The position numbers and the translations under genes were made by a program. A stretch of 64,000 bases of DNA from Chiloscyllium plagiosum (Eukaryota), in assembly GCF_004010195.1 (NCBI RefSeq), contig NC_057755.1, positions 8,905,306 to 8,969,305 on the forward strand, written 5' to 3'. Within the stretch, counting starts at the first letter, position 1, and each line of letters opens with the position of its first letter. Below the pieces are notes generated by a model. It worked only from the letters and a program-made list of their open reading frames with translations, was not told where the DNA came from and made no database searches. Shown one piece after another: positions 11,037-24,364 of the stretch.

Positions 11037-12993
11037 GGATGGTCAGGGGATCTGCTCACTCTGATTGCGGGCTCTGTGCAAATCACACCAGTGCCAAGTA
11101 CCATGCATGCATAAATAAGCATGCATAAATAAAGGCGTCTTGGTGACGGCAAATCGACGTCTGTGCAGGTATTTATTTGGCGACGAGATTGCCATCAATG
11201 TAAAAGTGCCTACCAGCTGAAATCCAACTGGACGTCAACCATGCAATTCAAATGGCTTTGTCATTCGAAGATTTGGCAAATGGAGCATATCAGTGGACAA
11301 TCTCACCAGGCCAACTGGTCTTTGGGGACATCACTCGAGTGAATATAATTGCATTGCCTCAGTACATAACCTGAGCAGGTGCACTCCAGGTCGGCTCACA
11401 CCAAAACCCCAAAACTAAGGCAAACCTCGGCCAAGCCATAAATAGTTTCTTCAGGATTGGAGCCAGCAAGACTTGCAGTTCCTGCTGATATGCGTACTTG
11501 TGACAATGAAAGAGTCCCAATAGCCTTAAATGAGTAATAGAGCTGTTAGGCCAGGAGAGTGCACAGCCCGGAAAGCGCACCTATAGCTAACCTGCAACAG
11601 TTAAAGTCTTTGCAACATCCAAATCAGAACGAATAAAAATAAACTTCTGGTTAAATGGTCACCTGTTTCTAATGGAGGTAGATACCGGTACAGCTATATC
11701 AGTGATTGCAGAACCAATCTTTAACAAAGTTCGCTTGGGTTTCTAACACTTAAGTTTGAGTAAGGTTTCGGCTAGAGTGAGAATCTATCCCGGGGAGCCA
11801 TTCAAGATTAAGGGAACAACTTCGCTTCCGATCTCGTCTGAGAAGCAATGGATATTGCGGATGACCATTTAAAGTGGTTAAAGTTCATTCGTCAAACGCT
11901 GTGATGATGATTGTAAGGCTATGAGCATCATCCGCTGAACATGAACTCCCGAAAGTATTGGACACGGACAATGGGATGCCATTTTCCAGCAGGGAGTTTG
12001 GAAATTTTCTGAAGTCAAATAGCATTTGACATGTTCAGACGGCATGTTCAGACAGCTCCATACCGTCCATTGTCCAATGTATTGGCGGAAAGACAGTCCA
12101 AACATTGAAGGCAAGCTTGAAGATGTTGCTTGGCAGCTTCACTGGATACCAAACTACCTCGGGTCTTGTCTGATTATTGTATCACCACTTACACAAAAAC
12201 AGGCATCGCTCCAGCAGAGTTCCCAATGAGGAGAAGAATGTGCACCAGAAGTTTAAACTAGTTATTCTAAGACCGGGGGAGGGGTAGTAGAAATAGCATC
12301 AAGAACACTAACAACAAGGCATGTACCTCCACTGAGGGAGAGAGGATGCTTTCATAAGCGGGCAAACTTTGGTGTCAAAACTACAAAATGTCACTGCATG
12401 GGAACGAGGTGAGGTCAGCCCACATGATTTTCAGATGTCTAGATGAGGTGGACCTGATCAAACATGTAGATCATATGAAAACTGCTCCCTCTAAAACGGG
12501 GCAGAAGCAAAATATACTTGTTCCCCTCAGAAAAGCCAGGATGGCTGTCCGAAACCATGGGTTATCCCTTTTTAAACACATTCGAATGCATGGCAGATTC
12601 TGAATTGGACGCAGCTTCAATAGCGTGATAGCCTCAAGAAGAGGAGGAAACTCTCCCGTGACACTCTGGCGGCAAGAGATGGTTACGGTCCAGTATGTGT
12701 CACCAGTGTCCGAGACAGAGTGGGAGGAACCACACCTGAGGTGACAACGTTGCAGTAGACGTTACAAGAGAAACTGCATGTGTCCATCCCCGGATTTGAT
12801 GGGGGAGTAATGTCATCATTGGAACGAGGGCCAAGTTTGATCGCACTGACTACGAGATCCTTGACTGAGACTGTCAACCTGGGCAAAACAGGGAGCCCTG
12901 GATAACAGAGTTAAACTGGGGATTGTGTCTGCCGAGTACCTGCCCCTCTTCAGCAGTGACGTTGACAATGTTGCCTCTTTTTAACTGGTTCTA

Positions 12994-13043
<50 letters not shown>

Positions 13044-13170
13044 GAAAAAAAAAGGTCTCCTCCCTCTGTGCACTGGCTTTGAACTGGCTGGTTGGAGCCC
13101 ATGTACTGTGCAATTGCAAATAAAGAGTAACTTGGTGTATGGATACTGGTCTCCGTGCATTTTTTTTTCA
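11037..13170 (+). mobile_element. Internally deleted Gypsy LTR retrotransposon (copy 1): 3' half of 5' LTR, PBS, gag/protease/integrase remnants, PPT and 3' LTR (12811-13170)
   Basis: PBS TGGCGACGAG at 11178, protease MEVDTGTAISVI (~11670-11710), integrase HVQTAPYRPLSN (~12045-12080), PPT gggggag before TGT at 12811, LTR ending TTCA at 13170. Confidence 0.85.
12922..13053 (+). mobile_element. Short A-tailed insert with (CT)n(CA)n inside the 3' LTR at the TATA region
   Basis: Absent from the empty LTR at 34422-34657. Ends in agaaaaaaaaa immediately before the LTR R-like region. Confidence 0.55.
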
Positions 13171-14634
13171 GTGTAAAAGGAATACATTCCATTGTTATGA
13201 ATGAGAATTGATTGAAAATCTGAACTGGCATAAAAGAGAACAGGTATTGTGTGCTGGCAGATTGCATCTGCCGGGTGCCTCAATGGAAGAATTGAAAAAC
13301 ACAACTCTTTTTAATCGTTTACAGGAGCACATAATATCAGGTCAGATTCTTTGCGCAATGATGCAGGCATTGTGGTTGGGCCAGGATTGATAGCACGGCC
13401 TTAGTTGTCCCTTCTAGCTGGAGAATTGCTGCTAACTGTTCATAGCTGGAAGCTGATCCACAACAACCTGAGGGAGGTAATTCCAGGAACTTGACCGAGT
13501 GACAGTGAAGGAACAGGAGCATATTTCCTATTCGAGATGGTGAAACATTTGGAGGAGAATGTGTCGAGGACGATGTTCCCATTTATCTCTGTATTTGTCT
13601 GTCTGGAAGTGGTCACGTGTTTGAAGGTTCTGACTAAGGATCTGTGATCAATTTCTGCAATGTATCTTGTAGCTGGTACACACTACTGTCATTGAGAGTG
13701 AGTGATGGAGTGTATAAATGATTGTGGATGTTGATACAATCAAGCGGGTTGCTTTGTCGTCGATAGTGTCAAGAATTTAGTTTATAATTAGTGTCAGTGC
13801 TCAGTATTTCTTTCACAGCGAATATTCGTGCTGACTCTCAGTGTTAGGGGAATTTCTCAGATATTTTCATGTATGTGACCATCCACTGTGTGCCCTGAAA
13901 TAAACAGGAGGAAGTAACAACCAGAATCACAATTGTGGACAGGAACTGAAACCTAAACTGTCATTTTATAACAGCTTACACTAAACAAAATGCAAGGCAC
14001 ACACCCAAAGAAGGAGATTCAGGCATGTTGTCAACGATGGGCAGTCAGAGATAGTATATAACTATGGGAACATCCGAATAAGTTTTGTGTTTTTTTTCAG
14101 GAAGCAAGGCCAGAGACTGAATGTTGTGGAAAAGAGCTTCGCACATTACATATTCTCATCCCAGGTACTAATTTTGACAGGAAAAACAGATTCCAGAATG
14201 ACAGCAATTTGGAAGATTCCAACTTTATTTTTTTGCATTCTGTGATGGTCAGTCACTGCACATGGTCACATGAGGTTGTCACTCACCTTTCAACATAACA
14301 ATGTAAACTTATTGATGACATAATAAAAAGCTTTAAATGCACTAAAACTGGGAAAGATTTTCACATGGTACACAGAAGCAAATATTCAGTGTTTTGAACA
14401 GTAATATCCTTTTAAGATAATCAATCACTGTGACTTATTATTCGAAATACAATTCATTAATTTTTGCGCAACTGATTATTTCCAATTTCCTTGGCCAAGA
14501 ATCATCTTTACAATCCTAAGTACATGACTTCTTTTCAATTAATGCAGCCTGGGAAACTCCACATGTTCCTTCAACCTGTAGATCCTGTCGTAAGACTGGA
14601 AATACAGCTTGAAATAGCAGTCAGTTCTGTATGG

Positions 14635-15539
14635 TTATTTGTACAGTTTAACAATTCGAGCAAAAGGATATTTCACTCCATTGATTAACTCCTCTCTGAA
14701 TTTCGTTTGTGTTAGAGCGTATATGCAAGTGTTTGTGCACGAACTCAGAAGTCGTAGCATGAATCCAATTTCTTGAAAGATAAATATTGGATGGTTCAAT
14801 GTCTTGTCTTTATAATTATAGTTTATTACTTGCCAGTTGAAAGAGTGTACGACATACATCATCCACAACAGTATAAAATTACCAGACAATGCAAAGAGCA
14901 AGATGATGGATTTTCTCCGGTTTACCACCTCTGGATCAGTGTTATTCTGTACATTTCCGTGGATCTGAAGGCGACAGCGGATGCGGTTAGCTGTTATAAT
15001 ATTCCTGACAGTCAGAGCATTGAATACCGATATCAATACAATTGGAAGCAATGGTGTAAGTATACTGTCAATCCATTCATATATTTTCCAAAATAATGAT
15101 GTATAATAGTCTGATTTTGTGATGCAAAACCATGGTACATTGTCAATAACAAAGGAAGGAATAAATGCAAAATACCAAGTGGTTGACTGCAAACAGCTGA
15201 CTATGCTCACAGACACTATAACCATTAATGCAGTTCTCGTATTGCAATATCTTGCTCTTAGCTTTTGGCAACAAATTGCTACAAACCGATCAAATGTGAA
15301 AGCAACTGTGAACCAAACTGAACAGTCCAGGACTGCAAGGAACATGGCAATTCTCAAGGCACACACAGGAGTGATGAATAAGAAATTAACTGGGAAATAA
15401 AGATTGTTAAGTCGGTCCAGTAATATATTAAGGATGACGAGAAGCAGATCTGCTGTAAACATTGCCAACAAATACCGAGTGATGCATTTGGAGAGCCCAC
15501 AGTTGCCTCGATTCAAGATAAAAATTCCCACTAAATTAA
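14635..15539 (-). CDS. GPR139/GPR142-like class A orphan GPCR, gene 1, coding exon 2 (TM1 end to C-terminus)
   Basis: Open frame with seven-TM hydrophobic pattern, LAMFTADLL (TM2), FTFDRFVAIC (TM3) and SSCTNTCIY (TM7). Acceptor ttttctttcag at 15540+, phase 1. Confidence 0.95.
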
Positions 15540-15768
15540 CTGAAAGAAAAATGAAGAAAGGTACACCCCTGCATGACCAGAGTCACAGCAAAAAAAATCA
15601 CCATTATATGTCTGCTAAATCACACCATTTGCCTCTGATTAATATATTCACTCACTTACATAATGCATGGTGAAAAGTTACAATGCAAACAAACCATCAT
15701 GAAAGAAAGACGTATGGTGAACCAATGGACAAACTGAATAAATGAACGAATAAATGAGAAATAAATAG

Positions 15769-16215
15769 TGTTATGAACGAAAAGTTCAGCTTTTCTCTGG
15801 TTTGGTTTGCTTTTAAGAGGCTGTCAGGTGTGAAGCTGCTAAAATCAACGAAGTGAGTCCAGGGTGATCATCCTCTTTATGTGGGTCCATTGCAGTAAGA
15901 CTCTCGGTTTGATTTTATCTTACGTGCCAAGTGGTGTTTATAGAGATTGTGGCACATATTTGGAACAGCACCGTTAAATTTGGGTAATCTGTTGGGTTTT
16001 CAGAATAGGTTGAGTTATTCTCCATTCCATTCCCTTTTACAGTGTTTCAATTTTACATCTTGCAAATTAATTCTATTTTGTATAAAACTCGGTGGTTGGG
16101 CCAACTGCATCAGATCTGAAGTATCCACTCCATACCTGCTTAAAAGAACGAGCAAAGTTAATATCCAGGTTTATTTCTTGAAAGGTTTTGAGAGTTTCTG
16201 TCCTGGTCCATAACA
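15769..16215 (+). mobile_element. Probable solo LTR of a second family, in the gene 1 intron
   Basis: Inverted termini TGTTATG...CATAACA, absent from the paralogous intron, with related sequence around 42600-44080. No clean TSD. Confidence 0.5.
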
Positions 16216-16769
16216 GATTGGTTACTTTGGATTCCCATTCGACGTATTAATTTGTCAAATATAATCCAAAAGCTGCGAGCATCACTCATGCTGTTTGGAC
16301 TCCAGAAAATTTTGGAAACTAGGTTACTGAAAGTATTTGAAGTAGAGATCGATACATTTTTGAAATATCATGGAGTTGTGAGTTATGTGGATCTGGAACG
16401 AAGGAAGAATTTTTACTTGAGGCAGATGAGCCATGATCTTACTGAACGGCCGACAGACTTGAGGATAACTTGCTTCTGCTTCTGTTTTCTAGGTTCTTAT
16501 ATCATACCAGGATTTTTTGAACATAATAGAAGTGTAAAAATTCAAACCTTGGAGATGACTAACATTAGAGGAAGAACTTCAAAAGGAATCAGAAAAATTA
16601 ACTTTATGCACCATGGTCTTTGATCTTTGAACTATTGAAAACTGGTTAAGAACAGAAGAATGCAGAACTACAATAATAAGACATTGAGGACCATGTCCAG
16701 AAATATATCCTTTGATGCAGGGAGGACAAATAGACAAAGGTGTTACCGAAACCAAACAACTGTTTGGGG

Positions 16770-17120
16770 TTTGCATGGTGGCTCATTGGTTAGCACTGCT
16801 GTTTCACAGCGCCACGTACCTGAGGTTAATGCCACCCTCGGGCAACTGTTTGTGGAGTTCTTATATTCTCCTCCTGTCTGCGTGTGTTTCGTCTGAGTGC
16901 TGCAGTTCCCTATCACAGTCCAAAGATGTGAAGATTAGTTGGATTGGCCCTGGCAATTTGTCCCATTGTATCTAATGATGTGCAGGCCAGATAGGTTAGC
17001 TATGGGAAATGCAAAAATTGTGGGAATAGGGTAGGGTGGACCATGGGAATTGATTAGATACTCTGAGGAGGATTCATGTGAACTCAATGCGCCGAGAATT
17101 CCACACGTAAGGATGCTATG
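16770..17120 (+). mobile_element. Old HE1-type SINE (pre-dates the duplication; counterpart at 37505-37875)
   Basis: gcatggtggctcattggttagcactgc head and V-domain, with flanks matching the copy in the gene 2 intron. Confidence 0.8.
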
Positions 17121-18034
17121 AACCGTTCTGTAGAAGGAAATTCAGGGAATATAATAGTTTTGAAATGTTAGAAGTGATGAGAAACAATGATCATTCGCAC
17201 AGAATCTGTTATCCTGCTCGTCCATCTTGACAAGAGAATTTTTATTTGAAAAAGTGATGTTTTATATTACACAAATGAACTTTATCACTACTCCAGAAGA
17301 AATTGAAGACCACATTTAACATAGCCGTGCAAAACAATGTTGGAATAAAAGTCTGAACAAACACTGTAACACGATCAGATATTTAATAGCTTCGATACGT
17401 TTTCCAAACCAACCTGTTCAGAGATGACATGACACGCCTCTGAAGCAAGTGTTACTTGAACCTGTACCTCCCTGCTCCACAGGTCGCGATGAATACTATC
17501 AATACAACAGAGTTGACTGTTTCTGGGAATTTATCTGGGAGCCAATGTAACTCACCGCTTTGAAATTGCAACATCCATATTGAAGACGTACATACAGTGT
17601 AATTACGCTGCGTAACTATGCTGCGTAATTATTTATTCAAGCCCACAATAGACAGACCCAATGGCAGCTATCATTGTACGGAAAGAACCCGGTGCTGCTA
17701 GTCTAATGGTTCGGGATTGAAGTTATTTGGCATTTCTGTGTGTAATAATGCAGGACAATATTTTGCATCTTCTGCCAGTCACTGCTCTTTGAAAAATTGT
17801 CAAAAAAAACACGAAAAAGACCACAGGACAGATCGATGACCAGGAATCACTAAAATATGTTTCTATACGACCACTTGCCAGAAAATTATTGCAAGCATCA
17901 CAAAACAAATGAGCTTAGATCGAACTATGTGGAAAGTGTGACCTCCCAACATTTGTAATTAAAGTCTCATTTAGTCATTACTTTCATGTACTCATTAGTA
18001 GACATTTAACATCTTCCACAGAATGTCGTGAGCA

Positions 18035-18580
18035 GTTTTGGGTTCTGTGTCTAAGAAAGGGTGTGTTGAACTTGAAGGGGTTCAGCGGAGGTTCATAAGA
18101 ATGATCCTGGGAATGAAGGGTTTTTCATATGACGAGTGGTTGTGGACCTTGGGTCTGTACGCAATAGGGTTTAGAAATACGAATGTGAATCTGATTGTAA
18201 CGTGCAGAATATTGAGAGATTTGGATAGAATTGACGTGGAGAAGATGTCGATCCTCCAAGGACACAATCGGGTCTAAGGGCACAGCCTCGGTGTGAAGGG
18301 ATGTCCCTTTAGAAGTGAGATGAGGAGGAATTTCTTCAGCCAGAGGATAGTGAATCTGTGAAAGTCATTGCCCTAGAAAGGCTATGGAGACCAAGTCACT
18401 GAGTGTATTGAGGAAGGAGATAGTTTTGTTTTTCAAGAATTAGGGGATCAAGGGTTACAGGGAGAAGGCAGGAAAATGGGATTAAGAAACACGAACATGT
18501 CAGACACGATTGAATGGTGGAGCAAGTTCGTTGGGCCGAATGGTTTAATTCTGCTCCTATGTCTTATCTCCTTATGTTTT
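18035..18580 (+). mobile_element. CR1/HER1-type LINE 3' fragment
   Basis: LEGVQRRFIRMILGMKGFSYDE...FFSQRIVNL, then a 3' UTR with a short repeat tail. Counterpart starts at ~39700. Confidence 0.85.
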
Positions 18581-19039
18581 TATGGACAAGTAGTGATTGA
18601 TACTTGATCCACACAATTGTGAGGCAACTAACATCTTCAGCAAAAAAGATTCCAACCACCGTCCTTTGATATTCAATGACATTGCTATCATAGAATCTAC
18701 CAGTATTCATACTCTGGGGATTACCATTGACCGAACCAGCCCTGGCTTAGCCGTATAGGTATTGTTACTATAACAGCAGCTCAGAGGTTCAGAATCCTGC
18801 CGTGAAAATCTCACCTTCTGACTCGTCAAACCTGTATCACCATCTCTAAAGTGCAAGTCAGGAGTGTGAGGGTATACAGCCACTTGCCTGGATGGGTGCA
18901 GCTCCAACAACACTCAAGAAACTCAAAACTATTCAGGACCTTCGAAAATTCTGAAGAAAACTCATACCGGACTCAAAAACCTATCTTTATTTTTCTCTCC
19001 ACATAAACTGTCAGATCCGCTGAGTTAATCTAACGTTTC

Positions 19040-20050
19040 TCGAAATGGAGAAAGGTGACCAGTGGCATTGCACAGGAATCAGTGCTGGGGCTATTGTTGT
19101 ATCTGATATGCATAAATGATCTGGAAGAGGGCAAGTTTGCAGATGATAGGAAGATTGGTGGAGTAGCATAAAGCAAAGGGGTTTGCCAAAGAATACAGAA
19201 GATAGACTGGATTTTGGGTTGAAAAGTAGCAGATGGAGTTCAATCCAGGCAAATGTGAGACATTGGGAAGTCTAATTCTAGACGGAATTATCCAGTAAAC
19301 GGAAGAGCCATGAGAATAGTTGATGAGCAGAGAGATCTGGGAGTTCAGATCCTTTGTACCCTGAATGTGGCTGCACAGGTGGATAAAGTGGTCAAGAAGG
19401 CATAGGGTATGCCTGCCTTCATCGGACGGGTTATTGAGTAAAAGAGCTGGCAGGCCATGTTAAAACTGTGCAAGTTTTTGTTTGACCGCATTTAGAACAC
19501 TGTATACAGTTCAGGTCGCCACATTCCCAAAAGGATGTGGCCAGTTTGGAGACGGTGCAGAAAAGATTTATGAGGATGTTGCCTGGTATGGAAGGTGCCA
19601 GCTATGAAGAAAGGTTGAGTAGGCTAGGATTGTTTTCATTAGAAAAAAGGAGCCTGGGGTGGGGGTGGGGGGGGGGGGGGGGACCTAAATGAGGTCTGCA
19701 AAATCATGAAAAGTATAGACAGAGTAGATGGAGAAAATAGCTTTTTCCCAGAGTAAAGGATTCAATGACGAGAGGTCATGCTTTCAAGGTGAGAGGTGAA
19801 AAGTTTGAGGGGGATATACGCGGCAAGTACTTTACACAAAGGATGGTAGGTGCCTGGAACGCGTTACCAGCAGGGGTAGTAGAGGCATGCACGGTAGTTT
19901 CATTTAAGATGCATCTGGACAGATGCATGAGAAGGTGGGGAGCAGAGGGGTATACATGCTTAGGAATTGGGTAACAGCTTTAGACAGTGGGTTTGGATCG
20001 GCTCAGGCTTGGAGGGTCGAATGGCCTGTTCCTGGGCTGTAACTTTACTT
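19040..20050 (+). mobile_element. CR1/HER1-type LINE 3' fragment
   Basis: KFADD motif region and TRGHAFKVRGEKF...FTQRMVGAWNALP. Confidence 0.9.
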
Positions 20051-21044
20051 TATTCATCTCTTTGTTGTTTGTTTACTTTGCTTATTGCAGATATCCGGTA
20101 TCCGCCGTAGCTTGCATTTATTCCATGATGTGTCAGTTTACTTGTTTTTCACCACATCCACAAACCATCAATCTGACGACTACCCACTCCCCCACCCGCC
20201 ACCCCGTCTCCCGGCCAATGCCACTCAGTGAAATCAGGCTATACCATCTAAAAAGACACATTGTAGCACCTCAACAAGGTCCCTGTCATCCTCACAGCCG
20301 CTACTGTCTGGAAGCAGAGGATAACTGCGATTGAAATCACGTGCAAATTTCATTCAAGCCACTCACCTTCCTGGCTTGGAAACACATAATCGTTCCTTGA
20401 GTGTTGCTGGATCAGTTAAGAGACATTTAGACAGCTTCATGGTTCGAAAATGTCAAGTATATGAAAATGGGACCAGTTCAGTTTAGCAATCCTGGTCAGC
20501 GTGAATGAGTTGCAACGAAGAGTCTGTTTCCGTGCTGTATGACTCTATGTACACTTACACCAAATGGTCTGCAGTGGTTTGAGAAGGCACCTTCTGAAGT
20601 GTAACTTGGGATGGGGAATACATGCTGACTCAGCCTGTCCTCTAATCTAATCTAATCTAATCTAAAAATTTATAAATAAACCAACTTCCGCAGACGAATG
20701 CAAACAACAATGAAATTGTTGACCTCCGTTCAGCAATGAACTACTAAAGAAACCACTGGAAACACAAAGGTTAGGAATAGCCAAAGTCAGGGAAATATGC
20801 CAAATTTCAATGAAGAATGAAGGAGTTGAGTCAAACAGGTTGAATGCAAACATAAAAACTAAAAGAATTGTGGATGTGGTAAATCAGAAACAAAAACAGA
20901 AGTTGCCGGGAAATGTTCTGAGGAAGACTAACCAAACCGAAATGTTAACACTGAGTTCTCTTCCCAGAAGCTACCCGACCTGCTGAATTTTCCCAATTGC
21001 TTCTGTTTCTGTTCACACAAACATAACTGCAATTAAGGACTTAC

Positions 21045-21114
21045 CAATAATACCAACACCTGCAAGTATCGGGTAATAAATACTTGCTGTCTGTAAGATT
21101 GCTGAGTATCCCAT
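21045..21114 (-). CDS. GPCR gene 1, coding exon 1 (MGYSAILQTASIYYPILAGVGII)
   Basis: ATG at 21114, 70 nt, donor GTAAGT at 21044. Phase 1 joins exon 2 to give ...GII-V-NLVGIFIL and completes TM1. Total 975 nt = 324 aa plus stop. Confidence 0.9.
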
Positions 21115-22060
21115 TCTGTCCCAATCAGGCCTGTCTGTTGCTGTTTAGTCAATGGACCTGTCTGTCTAAATACAAAGAAAATTGTCAAGACAGCCTAATT
21201 TTATTTGGAAGCTAAATGTCCAGTGAGAAAATAAATCTGGTTGAATCGCTAATTGCACAAGTTGCAGTAATCCGAATAAGAAGTAAATTAACCATTTTCC
21301 TTTGAGGGTTATTACGTAGTGGAATATATTTTGAAAAATAAAAAGACACTAATTTCCTGAGAACTTGAATTAGATTTTATTGTCTTGTGTACTGAAGTGC
21401 AAATGTACATGAGTGCAGTGAAAATTGTACAATGGGAACATTGCGAGGTCCATCTTACGTGCAATGGTATATCCGAACAAAATTTCAGGTACAATTTAGA
21501 AACATAATGTTCAAAGCTAAAACTGGAAAGACGTGATTTGAAATCTTTTCTAAAGACAGAACAATGCACCTAGCAATAAAGCTATTCTGTACTAGACTGA
21601 GATGCACGTTTCCCTTCATTATTGCTTTTTAAAATAAATTGAATACAGGTACAGGTTTTCCAGTGAGGGGAATCTCACACCTATGCCTAATTGGTCCCTT
21701 TCATTTCTGATGATAGAAAAGAGCTCTGCATTTCTAAGAGGAAATCCCATTCAGGGTTATCCGCAGGAATGTGTAACTGTAATTCCATCCTGATCTTTCC
21801 TGGCTAGAATTGTATTACAATGCATAAAGTCAGTGTTATGTGACAGTGCGGTTAGAGTAAGGTGTCAGGTGGGTAATGACAGACAACAGCAGATTAATTG
21901 AGTGCAAGGTGGTGATGGTGCCAAGGTAGCAGGTATGTAGGATGCTGACTGGTAAGGGGTTAGAATACCAAGTGGGATATGGGTAGTGTAGTGATTGAGT
22001 TCCCGGATTGGGGATGCTAACCTGGTCCAATCAGGGAGCCCTTGCTCAAAGTTGCAAATA

Positions 22061-22156
22061 CGATATCTTTGCCTTTTCTTTATTGTTTATTGAGATTCTT
22101 TGTTTTCTGGATTTTCTTTTCGTTTTTGCTTATTTGAAGCAAAAAAGGAAAACAAC
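22061..22156 (+). mobile_element. Short T-rich, A-tailed insert at the TATA position of the 5' LTR
   Basis: Lies between ...gttgcaaata and aaacagcaagtcggggttctgttcac; absent from the empty LTR. Confidence 0.6.
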
Positions 22157-23042
22157 AAACAGCAAGTCGGGGTTCTGTTCACTCTGAGAACTGGCTCTGA
22201 GGAAACCAGACCAGTGTCAGGTACTTGACATGTGTAAAAAAGGGTGACTTGGTAATAGGATACCGACCTCTGTGTAGGTATTTCATTGGCGACGAGCATG
22301 AGATTAATGATGTATCCAGACAAAAACGATTACGAGATGAAATCTAACTTGACCTCAAATGTTGTCATTCGAAATGCATCAAGTGGAGCATGTGAGTTGC
22401 ACGGCATGCCGATGGAAGAGGACACTCTCACCAGGCAAACTGACCTTGGGGGATACCTCTCGAGTGAAAGCAATTGCATCACCTCAGAACATAATCCTGA
22501 GTAGATATACTCCAGGTCAGCTCATACCAATAGCCTCAAAGCAAAACCAAACTTCGGTCAAACTGTGGACATTTCCTTCAGGATCAGAGCCAGCAAACCA
22601 TTGCAGTTGTTGCCAAGATGCGGGCTTGTGATTGTGAAAGAGTCCCACTCGACCTGAAGTGTATAAAAGTACTGACATGCCGGAATCCAGGTGTGTGCAC
22701 TCCCTAAAAAGCCCACAGACAGTTGGCTTGGAACACTTACATTGTTCAGCAGCATCCAAATCAGAACCAATCAAAATAAACATCTGTTAAATGGTCAACT
22801 GGTACTACTGGAGGTAGATAACAGCACAGATGTATCAGTGATTGCAGAACCAATCTTTAAAAAATTTTGCTCGGTACCCCAACTCTTAAGTTTGTGTAAG
22901 AGTTCTATTCCAGGGAATCTTTTCAGATTAAGTGGAGAACTTCAATTCTGTATGAGAAGCAGCTGGTTCAGTTTTCAACTGATACACTTTTATGTGCTCA
23001 AACTTTTCCAATTAGAAAATAGCTGCTTTTGCTTCACTCATT

Positions 23043-23335
23043 GTGGGCGGCACGGTGGCTCAGTGGTGAGCACTGGTGCCTCACAGTGCCAGAGACCCGG
23101 GTTCAATTCCCGCCTCAGGCGACTGTTTGTGTGGAGTTTGCACATTCTCCCATTATCTGCGTGGGTTTCCTCCCACAATCCAAAAATGTACAGTCTAGGT
23201 GAATTGGCAATGCTAAATTGACCATAGTGTTAGTTGAAGGAGTAAATGTAGGGGAATGGGTTTGGGTGGGTTGCGGATCGGTGTGGGTGGTTGGGCCGCA
23301 GGGCCTGTTTCCACACTATAAGTAATCTAATCATT
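23043..23335 (+). mobile_element. HE1-type V-SINE
   Basis: gggcggcacggtggctcagtggtgagcac head, gggttcaattccc B box and taatctaatc tail. Confidence 0.9.
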
Positions 23336-23339
23336 TGCG

Positions 23340-23657
23340 GGATGAGGGTGTCGCTGGATAACCAGTATCCATGCCCATCCCAGAGGGAAGTTAAGAGCCA
23401 ATCACATTGCTCTGGGACTGGAGTCACATGTAGGCCAGACCAGCTAAGGATAACAGTTTCCTTCCCTGAAGGACAAGAGTGAACCAGATGGGTTTCTTCC
23501 AACATTTGTTAATGGATTCCTGGTCATTAAAGACATTTGATTCCAGATTTTTATTGAATTCAAATTCAAAGACTGCATTCGAACCTTGGTCCGATAATGT
23601 TACCTAGGTCTTTTGGGTAACAGTCCATCGATAATACCACTACGTCATTACCTCCCC
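23340..23657 (-). mobile_element. tRNA-derived SINE, probably Deu-domain (SacSINE1-like)
   Basis: Reverse strand has A/B-box-like tgacgtagtggt...ggttcgaatgc and the central cccatctggttcact...tggtctggcctacatgtgactccag. Family name is from memory. Confidence 0.55.
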
Positions 23658-24364
23658 GATAGAGTGAATTCCAGACTTGAGTGAAGACTGAATGAAAGAC
23701 CCAGAGCTTTTCCATAATGTCTAGGGATTCCCAAAGCATCGAAGGCCAACTTTTATGTTGATCAGGAAGCAATTCCACGATTCTGCCAGGCTCACCCAGT
23801 GCAATTTAACCCATAGTGAAAAGCAGTGTCAGAAAATCAAAAGGTTGGAAAGGGAAGGAATCATTAACCCAGTACAGTTTGCAGAATGGGCAGCACCAGG
23901 CACAACGATTGTGAAACCTCATTGGTCAGTTTGCCATTTGGAGACTTTAAACAAACTGTAAACCAAATCTCACAACTGGATCATTACCCAATCCCTCATT
24001 ATAGAGAAGCCAACTGTATTATGGGACGCAAGAGGGATTGTCCTGAGTAAAGATCTCCACCAGCCATTGGCTGAACACCAACGGGATCATCCAGGGATTT
24101 CCATAATAATCATGCTGTGAGACGTTATGCCTGGCGGCCAGGATTGGATACCAACATAGCCACAGTGAAGCAGTGCCCAGAGTGCCATCAAGTACAAAAA
24201 TTCCCACCAACGGCTGCTTTACAAACACATGTGAATGGCTGGGTAAACCATGGACTTGATTATATGTGGACTATACCGGTACATTAATGGGCTCAATGTT
24301 CTTGGTTACTGTGGATGCTCATTGAAAGTGTTTGGACCTGCAGAGAATTCATTCGGCAAACTAG

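Noticed and set aside
19656..19682. G-runs as functional G-quadruplexes (also ~25247-25272 and ~54142-54192)
   Set aside because: They are homopolymer expansions, mostly inside decayed LINEs, with no evidence of conservation.
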